NCBI GenBank assembly: GCA_030390025.1
Contig: JASTWF010000323.1
Span: 1-64,000, forward strand
Reading direction: 5' to 3'
Length of the DNA: 64,000 nucleotides
Source: Squalus acanthias
Lineage: Eukaryota
How positions within the stretch are numbered: the first letter of the stretch is position 1; each line of letters begins with the position of its first letter. The notes below the pieces were generated by a model. The model searched no databases and had not been told where the DNA came from. It saw nothing but the letters and a program-made list of their open reading frames with translations. Below, piece after piece: positions 63,860 through 64,000 of the stretch. The position numbers were made by a program, and so were the translations under genes.

Positions 63860-64000
63860 AGGCTCACAGCTCAGAATTACCACTTGGCAAGGTACTGGAG
63901 GGCAAACAGTGACTGGGGCCGAAGCCCACCATCACAAAGCACCTTCAGTATAGGCTCACAGCTCAGAATTAGCACTTGGCAACGTACTGGAGGGCAAACA
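63860..64000. repeat. Start of a ~92-bp tandem repeat
   Basis: aggctcacagctcagaattaccacttggcaaggtactggagggcaaaca at ~63860 recurs at ~63952; cut by the window edge. Confidence 0.7.

Noticed and set aside
1..64000. Immunoglobulin or TCR V-D-J locus (prompted by leader exon, octamer and heptamers)
   Set aside because: No Ig-domain exons (no WYRQ..YYC, no J motifs) and no 12/23-spaced signals were found; the GWYRF motif belongs to the D8C domain.

Overview
Vertebrate genomic DNA, most likely a cartilaginous fish (inferred from the CR1/L2/tRNA-SINE repertoire). Most of the window is decayed LINE and tandem repeat, and nearly all ORFs in the track are CR1/L2 fragments or minisatellite read-throughs. 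Hidden on the minus strand is a split gene for a secreted uromodulin/GP2-like (D8C/D10C 'decoy module') protein. One leader exon (44306-44273, MRTLLLILGYL) is followed by three tandem three-exon cassettes. Cassette 1 is 32170-32020, 26348-26272, 26178-26014. Cassette 2 is 21986-21836, 14900-14824, 14731-14567. Cassette 3 is 9667-9523, 275-198, 105-<1 and is frameshifted. All exons have canonical AG/GT ends and each cassette is a phase-1/phase-1 module. Cassettes 2 and 3 sit in tandem duplicates that share a deletion removing promoter and leader. Cassettes 1 and 2 differ at 35 replacement versus 3 silent codons (hand count), while their middle exon is identical, which suggests diversifying selection on a leader-sharing cassette or tandem-domain locus. 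The 3' part of the gene lies left of the window. The right-hand 16 kb is a ~3-kb composite macrosatellite. Repeat boundaries are approximate; exon boundaries were read from splice sites.
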